Assembly: GCA_041664225.1 (NCBI GenBank)
Contig: JBAYLE010000001.1
Span: forward strand, 132,939-196,938
DNA length: 64,000 nucleotides
Reading direction: 5' to 3'
From: Parcubacteria group bacterium
GTDB taxonomy: Bacteria; Patescibacteriota; Minisyncoccia; Moranbacterales; UBA2206
Numbering within the stretch: position 1 is the stretch's first letter; each line of letters starts with the position of its first letter. The position numbers and the translations under genes are program-made. The notes beneath the pieces were generated by a model. The model saw only the letters and a program-made list of their open reading frames with translations. It was not told where the DNA came from and did no database searches. Positions 63,794-64,000 of the stretch are shown piece after piece.

Positions 63794-63932
63794 TACATCA
63801 CCTCCTTTCGTAATGGGATAAATTATCGTAATATATTTTTAAGAATAAGTCAAGCATTTATTTTTTTAAATTGATTTTTTTGAGTATTCTTACTAGAATA
63901 AAGTTATTGCAACATATTAAAGAAAAAACAAT

Positions 63933-64000
63933 ATGATACAACTATTTGAAAACGATCTTGAGGAAAAAGATCTGGAGAATATAAATAAATTATTGTACCA
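63933..64000 (+). CDS. hypothetical protein, 5' fragment (continues beyond window)
   Basis: ATG at 63933 reads MIQLFENDLEEKDLENINKLLY... with no stop before the window end. Confidence 0.25.
   Translation, partial: MIQLFENDLEEKDLENINKLLY

Noticed and set aside
1-64000. CRISPR arrays, IS elements, integrases, rRNA genes
   Set aside because: I found no short direct-repeat/spacer array, no transposase/integrase/recombinase-like ORF, and no rRNA-like conserved stretch on either strand.

Overview
This is a gene-dense, low-GC (~38%) bacterial chromosomal window, almost entirely housekeeping. Its contents, in order:
- the rplJ (C-terminus) and rplL ribosomal protein genes;
- a cardiolipin synthase and the DNA polymerase III gene dnaX;
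- four tRNAs: Gln-TTG, Pro-GGG, Arg-CCG and Ala-CGC;
- acpP;
- a truncated dcw cluster (mraZ, rsmH, an ftsL-like gene, ftsI, murF) with a recognisable promoter and a putative MraZ operator;
- an isoprenoid block (polyprenyl synthase, ispG, uppS);
- a thiol-redox block (thioredoxin/DsbD fusion, trxA, trxB);
- a malic enzyme, a YjbQ-family protein, pcm and mltG;
- a pyrimidine set (pyrB convergent with a fused pyrK-pyrD and pyrC);
- mnmA and alaS (637 aa, lacking the C-terminal domain);
- an FtsA-like gene;
- a ribosomal cluster (infA, rpmJ, rpsM, rpsK, rpsD, rpoA, rplQ, rplM, rpsI) and rplU;
- recR, dnaB, dus, cysS, a corA-like gene and yidD;
- a CIRCE-controlled hrcA-grpE-dnaK operon;
- a compositionally distinct islet at 60-63.8 kb (Nudix, GNAT, small proteins).

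I found no rRNA, CRISPR array, transposase or integrase.

The gene content (short AlaRS and HrcA, fused PyrK-PyrD, many short lineage-specific hypotheticals) suggests a small-genome lineage such as Patescibacteria/CPR. That is inference, not shown by the sequence.

The candidates I would look at first:
1. A ~220-bp, highly structured element present in two ~90% identical direct copies 32.6 kb apart (19.73 kb and 52.30 kb).
2. A GC-rich ~140-nt structured element beside tRNA-Gln whose ends are inverted copies of the tRNA 3' end.
3. A four-gene cassette at 27.6-32.3 kb: a sigma70-region-4/HARE-HTH protein, a membrane protein, a TrwB/VirD4-like P-loop ATPase with a C-terminal zinc ribbon, and a small TM protein, followed by a terminator.
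4. A cluster of hypothetical proteins at 33.4-35.7 kb, two of them with paralogous N-termini and one with an Lnu(A)/ANT(2'')-like nucleotidyltransferase core.
5. An FtsA-like actin ATPase paired with a 663-aa membrane protein rather than FtsZ.
6. An antisense small gene with its own promoter and terminator inside the grpE-dnaK gap.
7. A CorA homolog with AMS in place of the GMN selectivity motif.

Hand-derived coordinates of short sites may be off by 1-2 nt.
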